Source: a virus (taxonomy: Duplodnaviria > Heunggongvirae > Uroviricota > Caudoviricetes). From it: a stretch of 57,168 nt of DNA. Under the pieces are notes generated by a model that had not been told where the DNA came from, did not search any database, and worked only from the letters and a program-made list of their open reading frames with translations. Position numbers and translations under genes: made by a program. The stretch is from IMG/VR virus record IMGVR_UViG_2537561944_000042; one strand, 5' to 3'. Shown piece by piece: positions 28,175-38,383 of the stretch (within the stretch, counting starts at the first letter, position 1; every line of letters starts with the position of its first letter).

Positions 28175-29547
28175 GACAGGATATCGAAGCGAGCGTTATC
28201 GGTGGCTTGCTGATTGGTGGATTAACACCAACCGCCAGCGACGTTCTGGCAACGCTGGAGCCGGAAGCGTTTTCAATTCCGCTCTACCGGAAAGCCTTCG
28301 AAGTTATCCGTAAGCAGGCGAGAAACAGAAACCTAATCGACGCGCTGATGGTTGCCGAGGCGTGCGGAGAGGAGCATTTCACGTCAATCCTGATGACCAG
28401 CAAAAACTGCCCGAGTGCCGCAAACCTGAAGGGATATGCCGGAATGGTCGCGGATAACTATCACCGCCGTCTGGTGCTGGAAATCATGGACGAAATGCGT
28501 GAACCAATTCAGAGCGGAACCATCGATACATCGAGTCAGGCGATGGACGAGCTTGTAAAGCGTCTCTCAGCCATCAGAAAGCCCCGTGACGAGGTTAAAC
28601 CTGTACGGTTAGGGGAAATCATCACTGACTACACTGACACGCTTGACAGGCGTCTGAGGAACGGAGAAGAGTCAGATACCCTGAAGACCGGAATCGAAGA
28701 ACTTGACGCCATCACCGGAGGGATGAACGCGGAAGACCTGGTGATTATCGCCGCTCGTCCTGGTATGGGGAAAACCGAACTGGCGCTGAAGATTGCCGAA
28801 GGTGTTGCAAGCCGCGTTATTCCTGGTTCTGACGTCCGGCGCGGAGTGTTGATTTTCTCGATGGAAATGAGCGCATTGCAGATTGCAGAGCGGAGCATTG
28901 CCAACGCCGGGAGGATGTCGGTTAGCGTACTGCGAAATCCTGCATCGATGGATGACGAAGGCTGGGCGCGTGTTGCTAACGGCATGAGTCAGCTTGCAGA
29001 TTTGGATGTATGGGTAGTCGATGCCTCGCGGTTATCGGTAGAAGAAATTCGCTCAATCGCAGAGCGGAACAAACAGGAAAATCCAAACCTGTCACTCATC
29101 ATGGCGGATTATCTTGGCCTGATTGAGAAGCCGAAAGCAGACCGCAACGACCTCGCAATTGCTCACATCTCAGGAAGCCTGAAGGCGATGGCGAAAGACC
29201 TGAAAACGCCTGTTATCTCCCTAAGTCAGCTTTCGCGCGATGTTGAGAAGCGACCAAACAAACGCCCGACAAACGCAGATTTGCGTGATTCAGGAAGCAT
29301 TGAGCAGGACGCAGACTCAATCATCATGCTCTATCGGGAAGCGGTATATGACGAGAACAGTAGCGCCGCACCATTTGCTGAAATCATTGTGACGAAAAAC
29401 CGGTTTGGCCCACTTGGTACGGTTTACCAGCGGTTCTGTAACGGACACTTTGTTGCATGTGACCAGGATGAAGCCAGACAGATTTGCACAGCATCAAATG
29501 CACCTGCTTCGCGTGGCAGACGATATGCACAAGGGGCTGACGTATGA
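28171..29547 (+). CDS. DnaB-family replicative helicase (phage-encoded)
   Basis: 458-aa ORF; Walker A GMGKTE; C-terminal ...[15 protein letters not shown]...[18 protein letters not shown] typical of DnaB. Confidence 0.9.
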   Translation: MRQDIEASVIGGLLIGGLTPTASDVLATLEPEAFSIPLYRKAFEVIRKQARNRNLIDALMVAEACGEEHFTSILMTSKNCPSAANLKGYAGMVADNYHRRLVLEIMDEMREPIQSGTIDTSSQAMDELVKRLSAIRKPRDEVKPVRLGEIITDYTDTLDRRLRNGEESDTLKTGIEELDAITGGMNAEDLVIIAARPGMGKTELALKIAEGVASRVIPGSDVRRGVLIFSMEMSALQIAERSIANAGRMSVSVLRNPASMDDEGWARVANGMSQLADLDVWVVDASRLSVEEIRSIAERNKQENPNLSLIMADYLGLIEKPKADRNDLAIAHISGSLKAMAKDLKTPVISLSQLSRDVEKRPNKRPTNADLRDSGSIEQDADSIIMLYREAVYDENSSAAPFAEIIVTKNRFGPLGTVYQRFCNGHFVACDQDEARQICTASNAPASRGRRYAQGADV

Positions 29548-29572
29548 CCATCTACATCACTGAGCTAATAAC

Positions 29573-29602
29573 AGGCCTGCTGGTAATCGCAGGCCTTTTT
29601 AT
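29573..29602 (+). terminator. candidate rho-independent terminator after the helicase gene
   Basis: AGGCCTGC...GCAGGCCT stem followed by TTTTTATTT. Confidence 0.5.
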
Positions 29603-29633
29603 TTGGGGGAGAGGGAATTGGAGGCTTTAAGAA

Positions 29634-29849
29634 ATGAGTACGATAGCTGAGCTTGTCAGGGCTAATTTTCGTGAAGAGTTGGTGCGTTGGTATCGGTATC
29701 GTTCATCGTCCAGTTTGCCGATTGATGAGTTGTATGAGCATTCACCTGCTGCACGACGCTATCCGCGTGACCGTGTCCTTCGACGGTTGTTCAAACTCAA
29801 CAATGAGTTTCAGCGCAACAGAATAATCCGGAGTCTGGATTTAAAGTGA
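29634..29849 (+). CDS. hypothetical nin-region protein
   Basis: 71-aa ORF. Confidence 0.35.
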   Translation: MSTIAELVRANFREELVRWYRYRSSSSLPIDELYEHSPAARRYPRDRVLRRLFKLNNEFQRNRIIRSLDLK

Positions 29850-29853
29850 AGGA

Positions 29854-30045
29854 GTGAGCATGAGTCGAAGAAGTAGCTTTTTGGGGTTTGTAATATTCCT
29901 GTCCTGCACTGGTTACATCGTAATCTGGTCAATTTCGAACATTGACCGTGGCGGGGAATATCTCATTGTAATGTTCTTTCCTTTGTTTCTTGGGTGGTAC
30001 GCCGCAAGGTTGCTGGAAGAATGGGGTTACAGGCATAAAAAATAA
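29854..30045 (+). CDS. hypothetical small membrane protein
   Basis: 63-aa ORF with two hydrophobic segments. Confidence 0.35.
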   Translation: MSMSRRSSFLGFVIFLSCTGYIVIWSISNIDRGGEYLIVMFFPLFLGWYAARLLEEWGYRHKK

Positions 30046-30104
30046 AGGAGTGTTCAGTGAAGCAAACCCTTTTTTATTGGATTAAGAGCGAGGGGTAAGT
30101 ACCG

Positions 30105-30287
30105 ATGGTAAATGCATTTATTTGTAGTTTATTTCTTGTCGCGATTTTTCATGGATTCCTTCTGATGATGAGTTTTGTTCTCTGGAATAATGGATATCGC
30201 ATATTGGGAGTAGGTTTTGTTTTACGGTTTTCAGTTGTCTGCGCGTTGCTACCGATAATTATGGCGACTATCAAATATTATTGGTAA
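30105..30287 (+). CDS. hypothetical small membrane protein
   Basis: 60-aa ORF, hydrophobic. Confidence 0.3.
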   Translation: MVNAFICSLFLVAIFHGFLLMMSFVLWNNGYRILGVGFVLRFSVVCALLPIIMATIKYYW

Positions 30288-30302
30288 CCCAAAAAATCAT
30301 CG

Positions 30303-30671
30303 ATGGAGAGTGATATGGACGAATCAAGAAAGCAGTTTGAGGAATACGTTGCCAAAAAATTGAGATTACCATTCGAGATGATAACCGAGGCAAGAAATGG
30401 TGATAGGTACTTCGCATTTTCAAGCATGGATATTCGTCACTCCTTAAATGAGTGGTGGACTTTATGGCAGGCATCGCGAGCAGCTATTGAACTGGATATC
30501 GACTGGCCAGAATCGAATGACGACTTTTGGAAAGATGGTGAAGAAGGTGCTTATGCGATGGGTTATGAGGATGGGCGTGACAAAACGGTAATTGCAGTAA
30601 TGAAAGCTATCAGAGCCGCTGGAATTAAAGAGAAGAATTTCGATGAAGCAAACAATATTCCTCCGAACTAA
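30303..30671 (+). CDS. hypothetical nin-region protein
   Basis: 122-aa ORF. Confidence 0.4.
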   Translation: MESDMDESRKQFEEYVAKKLRLPFEMITEARNGDRYFAFSSMDIRHSLNEWWTLWQASRAAIELDIDWPESNDDFWKDGEEGAYAMGYEDGRDKTVIAVMKAIRAAGIKEKNFDEANNIPPN

Positions 30672-31053
30672 GCAACAACAGCAAGCCGCAATCAACGCCA
30701 TCCTCGCAACACCACTCGATAAAGACAAGCCAGTCACCATCCGCATTACTGACTACAAGCGCAACCTTGACCAGAACGCAAAATTTCACGCGATGCTGGC
30801 GGATATCGCACGTCAGGTTCAATGGTGCGATAAGTGGTTAAAACCAGAACAATGGAAGGTTTTGTTGATTAGCGGTCATGCAGTGGCAACAAAGCAGGAA
30901 GCTGATGTTTTGCCCGGCCTTGAAGGCGAATACGTCAACATTCGCGAAAGTAGCGCGCAGATGAGTGTGAAGCGTATGGCAAGTCTGATTGAGTACACGA
31001 CAGCATGGGCTATTGGTCAGGGCGTCAGATTTACCGACAGGAGGTACGAATGA
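30643..31053 (+). CDS. ninB: NinB recombination protein (lambda NinB-like)
   Basis: 136-aa ORF; ...[26 protein letters not shown]... parallels lambda NinB as recalled. Confidence 0.75.
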   Translation: MKQTIFLRTKQQQQAAINAILATPLDKDKPVTIRITDYKRNLDQNAKFHAMLADIARQVQWCDKWLKPEQWKVLLISGHAVATKQEADVLPGLEGEYVNIRESSAQMSVKRMASLIEYTTAWAIGQGVRFTDRRYE

Positions 31054-31226
31054 GACGACAGCGACGAAGTATCACCGACATAATCTGTGAAAACTGCAAA
31101 TACCTTCCAACGAAACGCTCCAGAAATAAACGCAAGCCAATCCCAAAAGAATCTGACGTAAAAACCTTCAACTACACGGCTCACCTGTGGGATATCCGGT
31201 GGCTAAGACATCGTGCGAGGAAATGA
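31050..31226 (+). CDS. ninE: NinE-like protein
   Basis: [52 protein letters not shown]... matches lambda NinE as recalled; ATG at 31050. Confidence 0.6.
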   Translation: MRRQRRSITDIICENCKYLPTKRSRNKRKPIPKESDVKTFNYTAHLWDIRWLRHRARK

Positions 31227-31630
31227 CAATGCTTTTAATTCAACCTGGATTTGGACTTAGCATCAAAAAAGGCCACATGTTTGGTGAGAAAGAGTCACAA
31301 CGAAAAATGGTGTCTATCCGGTTGCCATTTATCAGTATTTATTGGCTAAACAGGGAGGCAACAAATTATTGGTATACATGCGCCAGAGCAGCATTTAACG
31401 ACCCTGACTGGTTTGTGAAAAACCACCACGCAGTTCGTCAGGCAAAGAGAAAGGCCAATATGACATACATGAAGGCGTATCAAAAAGCATGGAAAGAACA
31501 CCGCGATCGATACCAACAAGACATGGAAAAGCTTGAATCAGAAAACATGGAATTAAGACGAAAGCTCGGTGAAGCAAAACGAGACATTGATGCTTACAAG
31601 CGACTTTTTAATGGTGAAAGCCATGCTTAG
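31187..31630 (+). CDS. hypothetical nin-region protein
   Basis: 147-aa ORF between ninE and ninF. Confidence 0.4.
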   Translation: MGYPVAKTSCEEMTMLLIQPGFGLSIKKGHMFGEKESQRKMVSIRLPFISIYWLNREATNYWYTCARAAFNDPDWFVKNHHAVRQAKRKANMTYMKAYQKAWKEHRDRYQQDMEKLESENMELRRKLGEAKRDIDAYKRLFNGESHA

Positions 31631-31799
31631 CCCATCCCAATCCCTTCAATACCAGAAAGAAAGCGTCGAGCGAGCTTTAACGTGCGCTAACTGCGGTCAG
31701 AAGCTGCATGTGCTGGAAGTTCACGTGTGTGAGCACTGCTGTGCAGAACTGATGAGCGATCCGAATAGCTCAATGTACGAGGAAGAATACGATGGCTAA
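31623..31799 (+). CDS. ninF: NinF-like zinc-ribbon protein
   Basis: [43 protein letters not shown]... matches lambda NinF as recalled. Confidence 0.6.
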   Translation: MLSPSQSLQYQKESVERALTCANCGQKLHVLEVHVCEHCCAELMSDPNSSMYEEEYDG

Positions 31800-32397
31800 A
31801 CCAGCGAGAAGGAAATGCAAAATATGCAAGGAATGGTTTCACCCGGCATTCTCAAATCAGTGGTGGTGCTGCCCGGAACACGGAACTCAATTAGCACTCG
31901 AACGACGAAGTAAAGAACGCGAAAAAGCGGAAAAAGCAGCAGAGAAGAAACGACGACGAGAGGAGCAGAAACAGAAAGATAAACTTAAGATTCGAAAACT
32001 CGCCTTAAAGCCCCGCAGTTACTGGATTAAACAAGCCCAACAAGCTGTAAACGCCTTCATCAGAGAAAGAGACCGCGACTTACCATGTATCTCGTGCGGA
32101 ACGCTCACGTCTGCTCAGTGGGATGCCGGACATTACCGGACAACTGCTGCGGCACCTCAACTCCGATTTGATGAACGCAATATTCACAAGCAATGCGTGG
32201 TGTGCAACCAGCACAAAAGCGGAAATCTCGTTCCGTATCGCGTCGAACTGATTAACCGCATAGGGCAGGAAGCAGTAGACGAAATCGAATCAAACCATAG
32301 CCGCCATCGCTGGACTATCGAAGAGTGCAAGGCGATCAAGGCAGAGTACCAACAGAAACTCAAAGACCTGCGAAATAGCAGAAGTGAGGCCGCATGA
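31792..32397 (+). CDS. ninG: NinG / Rap recombination protein
   Basis: 201-aa ORF nearly co-linear with lambda NinG (…[56 protein letters not shown]…). Confidence 0.85.
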   Translation: MAKPARRKCKICKEWFHPAFSNQWWCCPEHGTQLALERRSKEREKAEKAAEKKRRREEQKQKDKLKIRKLALKPRSYWIKQAQQAVNAFIRERDRDLPCISCGTLTSAQWDAGHYRTTAAAPQLRFDERNIHKQCVVCNQHKSGNLVPYRVELINRIGQEAVDEIESNHSRHRWTIEECKAIKAEYQQKLKDLRNSRSEAA

Positions 32398-32600
32398 CGT
32401 TCTCAGTAAAAACCATTCCAGACATGCTCGTTGAAGCATACGGAAACCAGACAGAAGTAGCACGCAGACTGAAATGTAGTCGCGGCACGGTAAGAAAATA
32501 CGTTGATGATAAAGACGGGAAAATGCACGCCATCGTCAACGACGTTCTTATGGTTCATCGCGGATGGAGTGAAAGAGATGCGCTATTACGAAAGAATTGA
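32394..32600 (+). CDS. ninH: NinH
   Basis: 68-aa [40 protein letters not shown]... matches lambda NinH as recalled. Confidence 0.75.
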   Translation: MTFSVKTIPDMLVEAYGNQTEVARRLKCSRGTVRKYVDDKDGKMHAIVNDVLMVHRGWSERDALLRKN

Positions 32601-33243
32601 TGGCAGCAAATACCGAAATATTTGGGTAGTTGGCGATCTGCACGGATGCTACACGAACCTGATGAAAAAACTGGAGACGATAGGATTCGACACCAAAAAA
32701 GACCTGCTTATCTCGGTTGGCGATTTGGTCGATCGCGGTACAGAGAACGTCGAATGTCTGGAATTAATCACATTCCCCTGGTTCAGAGCTGTACGTGGAA
32801 ACCATGAGCAAATGATGATTGATGGCTTATCAGAGCGTGGAAACGTCAATCACTGGCTGCTTAATGGCGGTGGCTGGTTCTTTAATCTCGATTACGACAA
32901 AGAAATTCTGGCTAAAGCTCTTGCCCATAAAGCAGGTGAACTTCCGTTAATCATCGAACTGGTGAGCAAAGATAAAAAATATGTCATCTGCCACGCCGAT
33001 TATCCTTGTGACGAATACGAGTTTGGAAAGCCAGTTGATCATCAGCAGTTAATTTGGAACCGCGAACGAATCAGCAACTCACAAGACGGGATCGTGAAAG
33101 AAATCAAAGGAGCGGACATGTTCATCTTTGGTCATACGCCAGCAGTGAAACCACTCAAGTTTGCCAACCAGATGTATATCGATACCGGCGCAGTGTTCTG
33201 CGGAAACCTCACATTGATTCATGTACAGGGAGAAGGCGCATGA
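32578..33243 (+). CDS. ninI: Ser/Thr protein phosphatase (lambda NinI / PP-lambda-like metallophosphatase)
   Basis: 221 aa from ATG at 32578; metallophosphoesterase motifs GDLHG, GDLVDRG, GNHE. Confidence 0.85.
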   Translation: MRYYERIDGSKYRNIWVVGDLHGCYTNLMKKLETIGFDTKKDLLISVGDLVDRGTENVECLELITFPWFRAVRGNHEQMMIDGLSERGNVNHWLLNGGGWFFNLDYDKEILAKALAHKAGELPLIIELVSKDKKYVICHADYPCDEYEFGKPVDHQQLIWNRERISNSQDGIVKEIKGADMFIFGHTPAVKPLKFANQMYIDTGAVFCGNLTLIHVQGEGA

Positions 33244-33863
33244 GACTCGAAAGCGTAGCTAAATTTCATTCGCCAAAAAGCCCGATGATGAGCGACTCAC
33301 CACGGGCTACGGCTTCTGACTCTCTTTCCGGTACTGATGTGATGGCTGCTATGGGGATGGCGCAATCACAAGCCGGATTCGGAATGGCTGCATTCTGCGG
33401 TAAGCATGAACTCAGCCAGAACGACAAACAAAAGGCTATCAACTATCTGATGCAATTTGCACACAAGGTATCGGGGAAATACCGTGGCGTGGCAAAGCTT
33501 GAAGGAAATACTAAGGCAAAGGTACTGCAAGTGCTCGCAACATTCGCTTATGCGGATTATTGCCGTAGTGCCGCGACGCCGGGCGCAAGATGCAGAGATT
33601 GTCACGGTACAGGCCGTGCGGTTGATATAGCAAAAACAGAGCAGTGGGGGAGAGTTGTTGAGAAAGAGTGCGGAAGATGCAAAGGCGTCGGCTATTCAAG
33701 GATGCCAGCAAGTGCCGCATATCGCGCTGTAACGATGCTAATCCCAAACCTTACTCAACCCACCTGGTCACGCACTGTTAAGCCGCTGTATGACGCTCTG
33801 GTGGTGCAATGCCACAAGGAAGAGTCAATCGCAGACAACATTTTGAACGCGGTCACACGTTAG
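33240..33863 (+). CDS. Q: late-gene antiterminator Q (lambda Q-like)
   Basis: 207 aa from ATG at 33240; [28 protein letters not shown]... and C-terminal zinc-binding CRDCHGTGR...CGRCKG match lambda Q as recalled. Confidence 0.9.
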   Translation: MRLESVAKFHSPKSPMMSDSPRATASDSLSGTDVMAAMGMAQSQAGFGMAAFCGKHELSQNDKQKAINYLMQFAHKVSGKYRGVAKLEGNTKAKVLQVLATFAYADYCRSAATPGARCRDCHGTGRAVDIAKTEQWGRVVEKECGRCKGVGYSRMPASAAYRAVTMLIPNLTQPTWSRTVKPLYDALVVQCHKEESIADNILNAVTR

Positions 33864-33899
33864 CAGCATGATTGCCACGGATGGCAACATATTAACGGC

Positions 33900-33941
33900 A
33901 TGATATTGACTTATTGAATAAAGTTGGGTAAATTTGACCCA
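33900..33941 (+). promoter_or_regulatory. late promoter pR'-like with overlapping qut site
   Basis: TTGACT (33906..33911) then 17 bp then TAAATT (33929..33934); sequence parallels lambda pR' as recalled. Confidence 0.6.
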
Positions 33942-34134
33942 ACGATGGGTTAATTCGCTCGTTGTGGTATTGAGATAAAAAGAGGCGGCGCTTACTACCG
34001 ATTCCGCCCAGTTGGTCACTTCGACGTATCGTCTGGAACTCCAACCATCGCAGGCTGAGAGGTCTGCAAAATGCAATCCCGAAACAGTTCGCAGGTAATA
34101 GTTAGAGCCTGCATAACGGTTTCGGGATTTTTTA
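33941..34134 (+). ncRNA. 6S-like short late leader transcript (pR' to tR')
   Basis: ~194 nt between the inferred pR' start and the tR' hairpin, as in lambda. Confidence 0.45.
34078..34134 (+). terminator. tR'-like rho-independent terminator
   Basis: CCCGAAAC ... GCAGG/CCTGC ... GGTTTCGGG stem followed by ATTTTTTAT. Confidence 0.7.
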
Positions 34135-34143
34135 TATCTGTGT

Positions 34144-34499
34144 AACAGGTAAGAGCATTCTCCCTTATGGGGCTTGGCTTAAATGCACCGAGTGCTCTTA
34201 TCGTTGTGGCAGCACAACGATAGTTTTCGTCAGAGTTGGCGACTTTGCGGTTTTTTAGAAACTGACCACAAAGATAAATGCAAACGATGATGTTGTTCTG
34301 ATGGCGGCGTAATAGCCTGTAAGTCAGCAAGGTCTTCCGACTCCTTGTAAACAAATTCGGCGCACTGGCCCGGTGTGATTAATAATGGGCACACAACAGG
34401 TAAGAGCATTAAAGAACTGGCAAAGAGCTTAACGGTCTGCGAAAGCATTTCTTAGTGGCACAACTGGCCGGTACAACTGAGTGCTCTTTCCGGTGTGGT
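34144..34499. repeat. imperfect direct repeat in the Q-S leader: AACAGGTAAGAGCATT ... GAGTGCTCTT(A/T)(T/C)CG(T/G)TGTGG at 34144..34209 and 34395..34499
   Basis: Both 16-mer and 20-mer blocks occur twice, ~250 bp apart. Confidence 0.4.
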
Positions 34500-34935
34500 G
34501 AATGCGCAGGCTGATGCGCGCAGGAGAGCTTCGGAAGAACAAGGTGCCTGTATACAAGCCGGAGATCAGCGCCGGCCACCACAGCCAAATCCACCCAGAG
34601 CAAAACCGTTGTTCATCCTTACCATTCACTCAGTATTTTGGGCTACACCATCAGCCCATTTTTTAAAGCGTACTTCCACCAAGAACCAGACCTAACCAAC
34701 TCATTGCTGACACTCTGTGGATACGGTTGTCTAGTACGCTTTAAAAAAGAAAACCCAGCATCAATGGCTGGGCTTCGTGATATGAGCGGCATGTATTGTT
34801 GGCGCAATCCACGCCTGATTTGCTCATGAATGCGGTCACGAACAAACCCGTTACAAATCAACCGTAACCCGGATTTGTTCAAGCGACCATATCCATAATT
34901 CCTAATTTGAACAGATCCCCTTCTGGGGGTAAGAC

Positions 34936-35259
34936 ATGAAGATGCCAGAAAAACATGACCTGTTAGCCGCTATTCTCGCGGCAAAGGAACAAGGCATCGG
35001 GGCAATCCTTGCGTTTGCAATGGCGTACCTTCGCGGCAGATATAATGGCGGTGCGTTTACAAAAACAGTAATCGACGCAACGATGTGTGCCATTATCGCC
35101 TGGTTCATTCGTGACCTTCTCGACTTCGCCGGACTAAGTAGCAATCTCGCTTATATAACGAGCGTGTTCATCGGCTACATCGGTACTGACTCGATTGGTT
35201 CGCTTATCAAACGCTTCGCTGCTAAAAAAGCCGGAGTAGAAGATGGTGGAAATCAATAA
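34936..35259 (+). CDS. S: holin S (class I, dual-start MKM)
   Basis: 107-aa ORF essentially identical to lambda S as recalled; three TM segments. Confidence 0.9.
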   Translation: MKMPEKHDLLAAILAAKEQGIGAILAFAMAYLRGRYNGGAFTKTVIDATMCAIIAWFIRDLLDFAGLSSNLAYITSVFIGYIGTDSIGSLIKRFAAKKAGVEDGGNQ

Positions 35260-35719
35260 TCAACGCAAGGCGTTCCTCGATATGCTGGCGTGGTCAGAGG
35301 GAACAGATAATGGACGGCAGAAAACCAGAAATCATGGTTATGACGTCATTGTTGGCGGAGAGCTATTCACTGATTACTCCGATCATCCTCGCAAACTTGT
35401 CACGCTAAACCCAAAACTCAAATCAACAGCCGCCGGACGTTACCAGCTTCTTTCCCGTTGGTGGGATGCCTATCGTAAGCAGCTTGGCCTGAAAGACTTC
35501 TCTCCCAAAAGCCAGGACGCTGTTGCGCTGCAGCAGATTAAAGAGCGTGGCGCTTTGCCGATGATTGATCGCGGTGATATTCGTCAGGCAATCGACCGTT
35601 GCAGCAATATCTGGGCTTCACTGCCGGGCGCTGGTTATGGTCAGTTCGAGCATAAGGCTGACAGCCTGATTGCAAAATTCAAAGAAGCGGGCGGAACGGT
35701 CAGAGAGATTGAGGTATGA
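35243..35719 (+). CDS. R: endolysin R (lytic transglycosylase)
   Basis: 158-aa ORF near-identical to lambda R as recalled ([26 protein letters not shown]...). Confidence 0.9.
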   Translation: MVEINNQRKAFLDMLAWSEGTDNGRQKTRNHGYDVIVGGELFTDYSDHPRKLVTLNPKLKSTAAGRYQLLSRWWDAYRKQLGLKDFSPKSQDAVALQQIKERGALPMIDRGDIRQAIDRCSNIWASLPGAGYGQFEHKADSLIAKFKEAGGTVREIEV

Positions 35720-36153
35720 GCAGAGTCACCGCGATTATCTCCGCTCTGGTTATCTGCATCATCGTCTGCCTGTCATGGGCTGTTAATCATTACCGTGATA
35801 ACGCCATGACCTACAAAGAGCAGCGCGATAAAGCCACATCCATCATCGCTGATATGCAGAAGCGTCAACGTGATGTAGCAGAACTCGACGCCAGATACAC
35901 AAAGGAGCTTGCTGATGCTAACGCTACTATCGAAAGCCTTCGTGCTGATGTTTCTGCTGGTCGTAAGCGCCTGCAAGTCGCCGCCACCTGTGCAAAGTCA
36001 ACGACCGGAGCCAGCAGCATGGGCGATGGAGAAAGCCCAAGACTTACAGCAGATGCTGAACTCAATTATTACCGTCTCCGAAGTGGAATCGACAGGATAA
36101 CCGCGCAGGTTAACTACCTGCAGGAGTACATCAGGACTCAGTGCCTGAAATAA
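35716..36153 (+). CDS. Rz: spanin inner-membrane subunit Rz
   Basis: 145-aa ORF; N-terminal TM plus coiled coil; lambda Rz-like ends, divergent middle. Confidence 0.8.
   Translation: MSRVTAIISALVICIIVCLSWAVNHYRDNAMTYKEQRDKATSIIADMQKRQRDVAELDARYTKELADANATIESLRADVSAGRKRLQVAATCAKSTTGASSMGDGESPRLTADAELNYYRLRSGIDRITAQVNYLQEYIRTQCLK
35909..36100 (+). CDS. Rz1: spanin outer-membrane lipoprotein Rz1, embedded in the +1 frame of Rz
   Basis: Embedded ORF with lipobox-like LVVSAC and proline-rich [13 protein letters not shown]. Confidence 0.6.
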   Translation: MLMLTLLSKAFVLMFLLVVSACKSPPPVQSQRPEPAAWAMEKAQDLQQMLNSIITVSEVESTG

Positions 36154-36358
36154 TTTTTTTGCAAATCACAAAGTCCATTTAATGAGCCTCGCGATGCGGG
36201 GCTTTTTTTACATCTGAATTTCACAGCGCATCTCACGCGCATATTACATCACCCGAGCCTTTCAGAAAGTTGAGCCTGAGAACTGCCGTATATGGTGGCG
36301 ACCATCTCGGGGCGGCTTTTCTGTGAGACAGGCTCACTTTCTAAAAGGTAAAGACGCT

Positions 36359-36877
36359 ATGAATCATCAATTGGCTAATCTCGATTTCCGGGACATGGTG
36401 GTTGTTTCTGGTGATCGCGTGATCACAACCTCCCGCAAGGTAGCAGCTTACTTCGACAAGCAGCATCACCACATCATTCAGAAAATCGAAAAGCTAGACT
36501 GTTCGGATGAATTTCTAACCAGCAACTTTTCGCGGGTTACCTATGAACACAAGGGTAATCAGTATGTTGAATATGAAATTTCCAAAGACGGTGCGATGTA
36601 CATCATCATGTCGTTTACCGGCAAAAAAGCTGCCGCCATCAAAGAGGCGTTTATCAAAGCATTTAATTGGATGCGTGACAGGCTGATGGAGATGGCTCAC
36701 TCATACCAAAGAGAGCACAACGAGTTAATGCTGGAGTTCATGAAGGAAAAGGATGTTGCCAGTATGTCAGGACGCTTGCTGAACCGCTGGGGCAGGATCA
36801 AAAAACCGCAACTCATAGCAAGAATCAAAAGGCTTGAGCAGCAGGCGCAAATATCGATCCCCGGACTGCCAAAGTGA
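36359..36877 (+). CDS. Rha-family phage regulatory protein
   Basis: ...KVAAYFDKQHHHIIQKIEKLDCSDEF...KDGAMYIIMSFTGKKAAAIKEAFIKAFNWM matches the Rha family pattern; ATG at 36359. Confidence 0.7.
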   Translation: MNHQLANLDFRDMVVVSGDRVITTSRKVAAYFDKQHHHIIQKIEKLDCSDEFLTSNFSRVTYEHKGNQYVEYEISKDGAMYIIMSFTGKKAAAIKEAFIKAFNWMRDRLMEMAHSYQREHNELMLEFMKEKDVASMSGRLLNRWGRIKKPQLIARIKRLEQQAQISIPGLPK

Positions 36878-37160
36878 CCATTCCAAAGCCCATCTACGGG
36901 TGGGCTTGATAATGAAACCGTGATTTACATCCCCACAATCCGGGTATGTAAAAGATAGTTCAGGCGAGAACAGATTTAACTAAATCTGTGCACCACCAGT
37001 TACGGCAGTACCGCGAAACAACCCAAGCCAGTAAGTGGGGAAATAACACTGGCAGCCACTGAAAGATGAACCTCCAGCCTTATGGCAAAAAAGATTCTTT
37101 GTGGTGGCGAACTGATGGAAAGACATCCTAATCAAGCAACCACTCTACAGGGTCATAATT

Positions 37161-37532
37161 ATGAACGACCAGCAAATCGAAAAAGAAATCGTTGAGAAAG
37201 GCAAAACGGCACCGCGAGTTACGCCAGACCATATCGAAGGAATTATTGCTCAGGAGGCATATTTCACAGCAGAGGATGGTGCCTTTGGCAAAGCCATAAA
37301 AGCGAAACATACTGGCGGAGAGGTAAACTACCAGTCGCACGAATCACTTTCTCTGCTGACGTTCTGCGTCCTGGTGCTGCGCAACGGCTTCACCGTCACC
37401 GGAGAGAGTGCCTGTGCAAGTCAGGAAAATTTTGATGCAGAAATTGGTCGGAAGATTGCCCGGCAGAATGCTGTAAACAAAATCTGGATGCTCGAAGGTT
37501 ACTTGCTGAAGCAGAAGCTAAGCGAACAGTAG
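37161..37532 (+). CDS. hypothetical phage protein
   Basis: 123-aa ORF upstream of terminase genes. Confidence 0.45.
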   Translation: MNDQQIEKEIVEKGKTAPRVTPDHIEGIIAQEAYFTAEDGAFGKAIKAKHTGGEVNYQSHESLSLLTFCVLVLRNGFTVTGESACASQENFDAEIGRKIARQNAVNKIWMLEGYLLKQKLSEQ

Positions 37533-37635
37533 TTATTACAAAAGCCATTCCTTACTGAGTGGCTTTGATAATGGCTTATACCCTACACGGGATAACTTAA
37601 CTGATATCCCTTTTAACGGATAAACGGAGCCAACA

Positions 37636-37878
37636 ATGGCAGAGATTATTCCCATGACTGAAGAACAGAAATTCCAGTTAGAGATTTACAAACTGGTCAT
37701 GAACCAGAACGCAGCCGCGGAGGAAGCATTTCAGTTCATTGGCACTGACGAGCTGAAGCTTGAGCTATTCAAAATTCACTTCCAGTCAGGTGGCGCTAAT
37801 TCAGATATCACGACCCGCACAATCGAAGCGGTGCGTAAATCGAAGGAAGCGTTAGACCTGTTCACTACCGGAGCGTAA
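37636..37878 (+). CDS. hypothetical phage protein
   Basis: 80-aa ORF. Confidence 0.4.
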   Translation: MAEIIPMTEEQKFQLEIYKLVMNQNAAAEEAFQFIGTDELKLELFKIHFQSGGANSDITTRTIEAVRKSKEALDLFTTGA

Positions 37879-37957
37879 ACATGGCAACTCAAGGTTTCGA
37901 CAACCCATCCAAATTCCGCGATGAATGGGATAAGCAAGCAGAAGGGAAATAATCAAT

Positions 37958-38383
37958 ATGGCGACTGAGAAAAAGAAAGGTGGTCGCCCCTCTGATTATA
38001 TGCCGGAGGTGGCTAATGACATTTGCGCATTGCTTTCCTCCGGTGAGAGTCTGCGCAAAGTTTGCGAACGCCCAGGAATGCCGAGCAAAACATCAGTTTT
38101 TCGCTGGCTGGCTGAACATCAGGAGTTTCGTGACCAGTACGCGAAGGCAACAGAGACTCGGGCCGACTCTATTTTCGAAGAGATATTCGAAATTGCTGAC
38201 GACGTAATCCCTGATGCCGCCGAGGTGGCAAAGGCAAGACTTCGCGTTGATACCCGCAAATGGGCGCTGGCCCGAATGAATCCCCGTAAGTATGGCGACA
38301 AGGTAACTAACGAGCTTGTCGGCAAAGACGGCGGCGCAATCCAGATTGAAACATCACCGATGAGCACTCTATTCGGAAAATGA
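37958..38383 (+). CDS. terminase small subunit (Sf6 gp1-like)
   Basis: 141-aa ORF MATEKKKGGRPSDYMPEVANDICALLSSGESLRKVCERPGMPSKTSVFRWL...; HTH; directly upstream of TerL. Confidence 0.8.
   Translation: MATEKKKGGRPSDYMPEVANDICALLSSGESLRKVCERPGMPSKTSVFRWLAEHQEFRDQYAKATETRADSIFEEIFEIADDVIPDAAEVAKARLRVDTRKWALARMNPRKYGDKVTNELVGKDGGAIQIETSPMSTLFGK

Noticed and set aside
34144-34499. tRNA genes in the Q-S region (GGTAAGAGCA resembles a D-arm)
   Set aside because: No cloverleaf, T-loop or CCA-adjacent acceptor stem could be assembled around either copy.
34016-34882. Cluster of 60-110-aa ORFs on both strands between Q and S
   Set aside because: The region corresponds to the non-coding lambda late leader (pR', 6S, tR') by my recollection; the ORFs overlap each other in several frames and lack RBSs.
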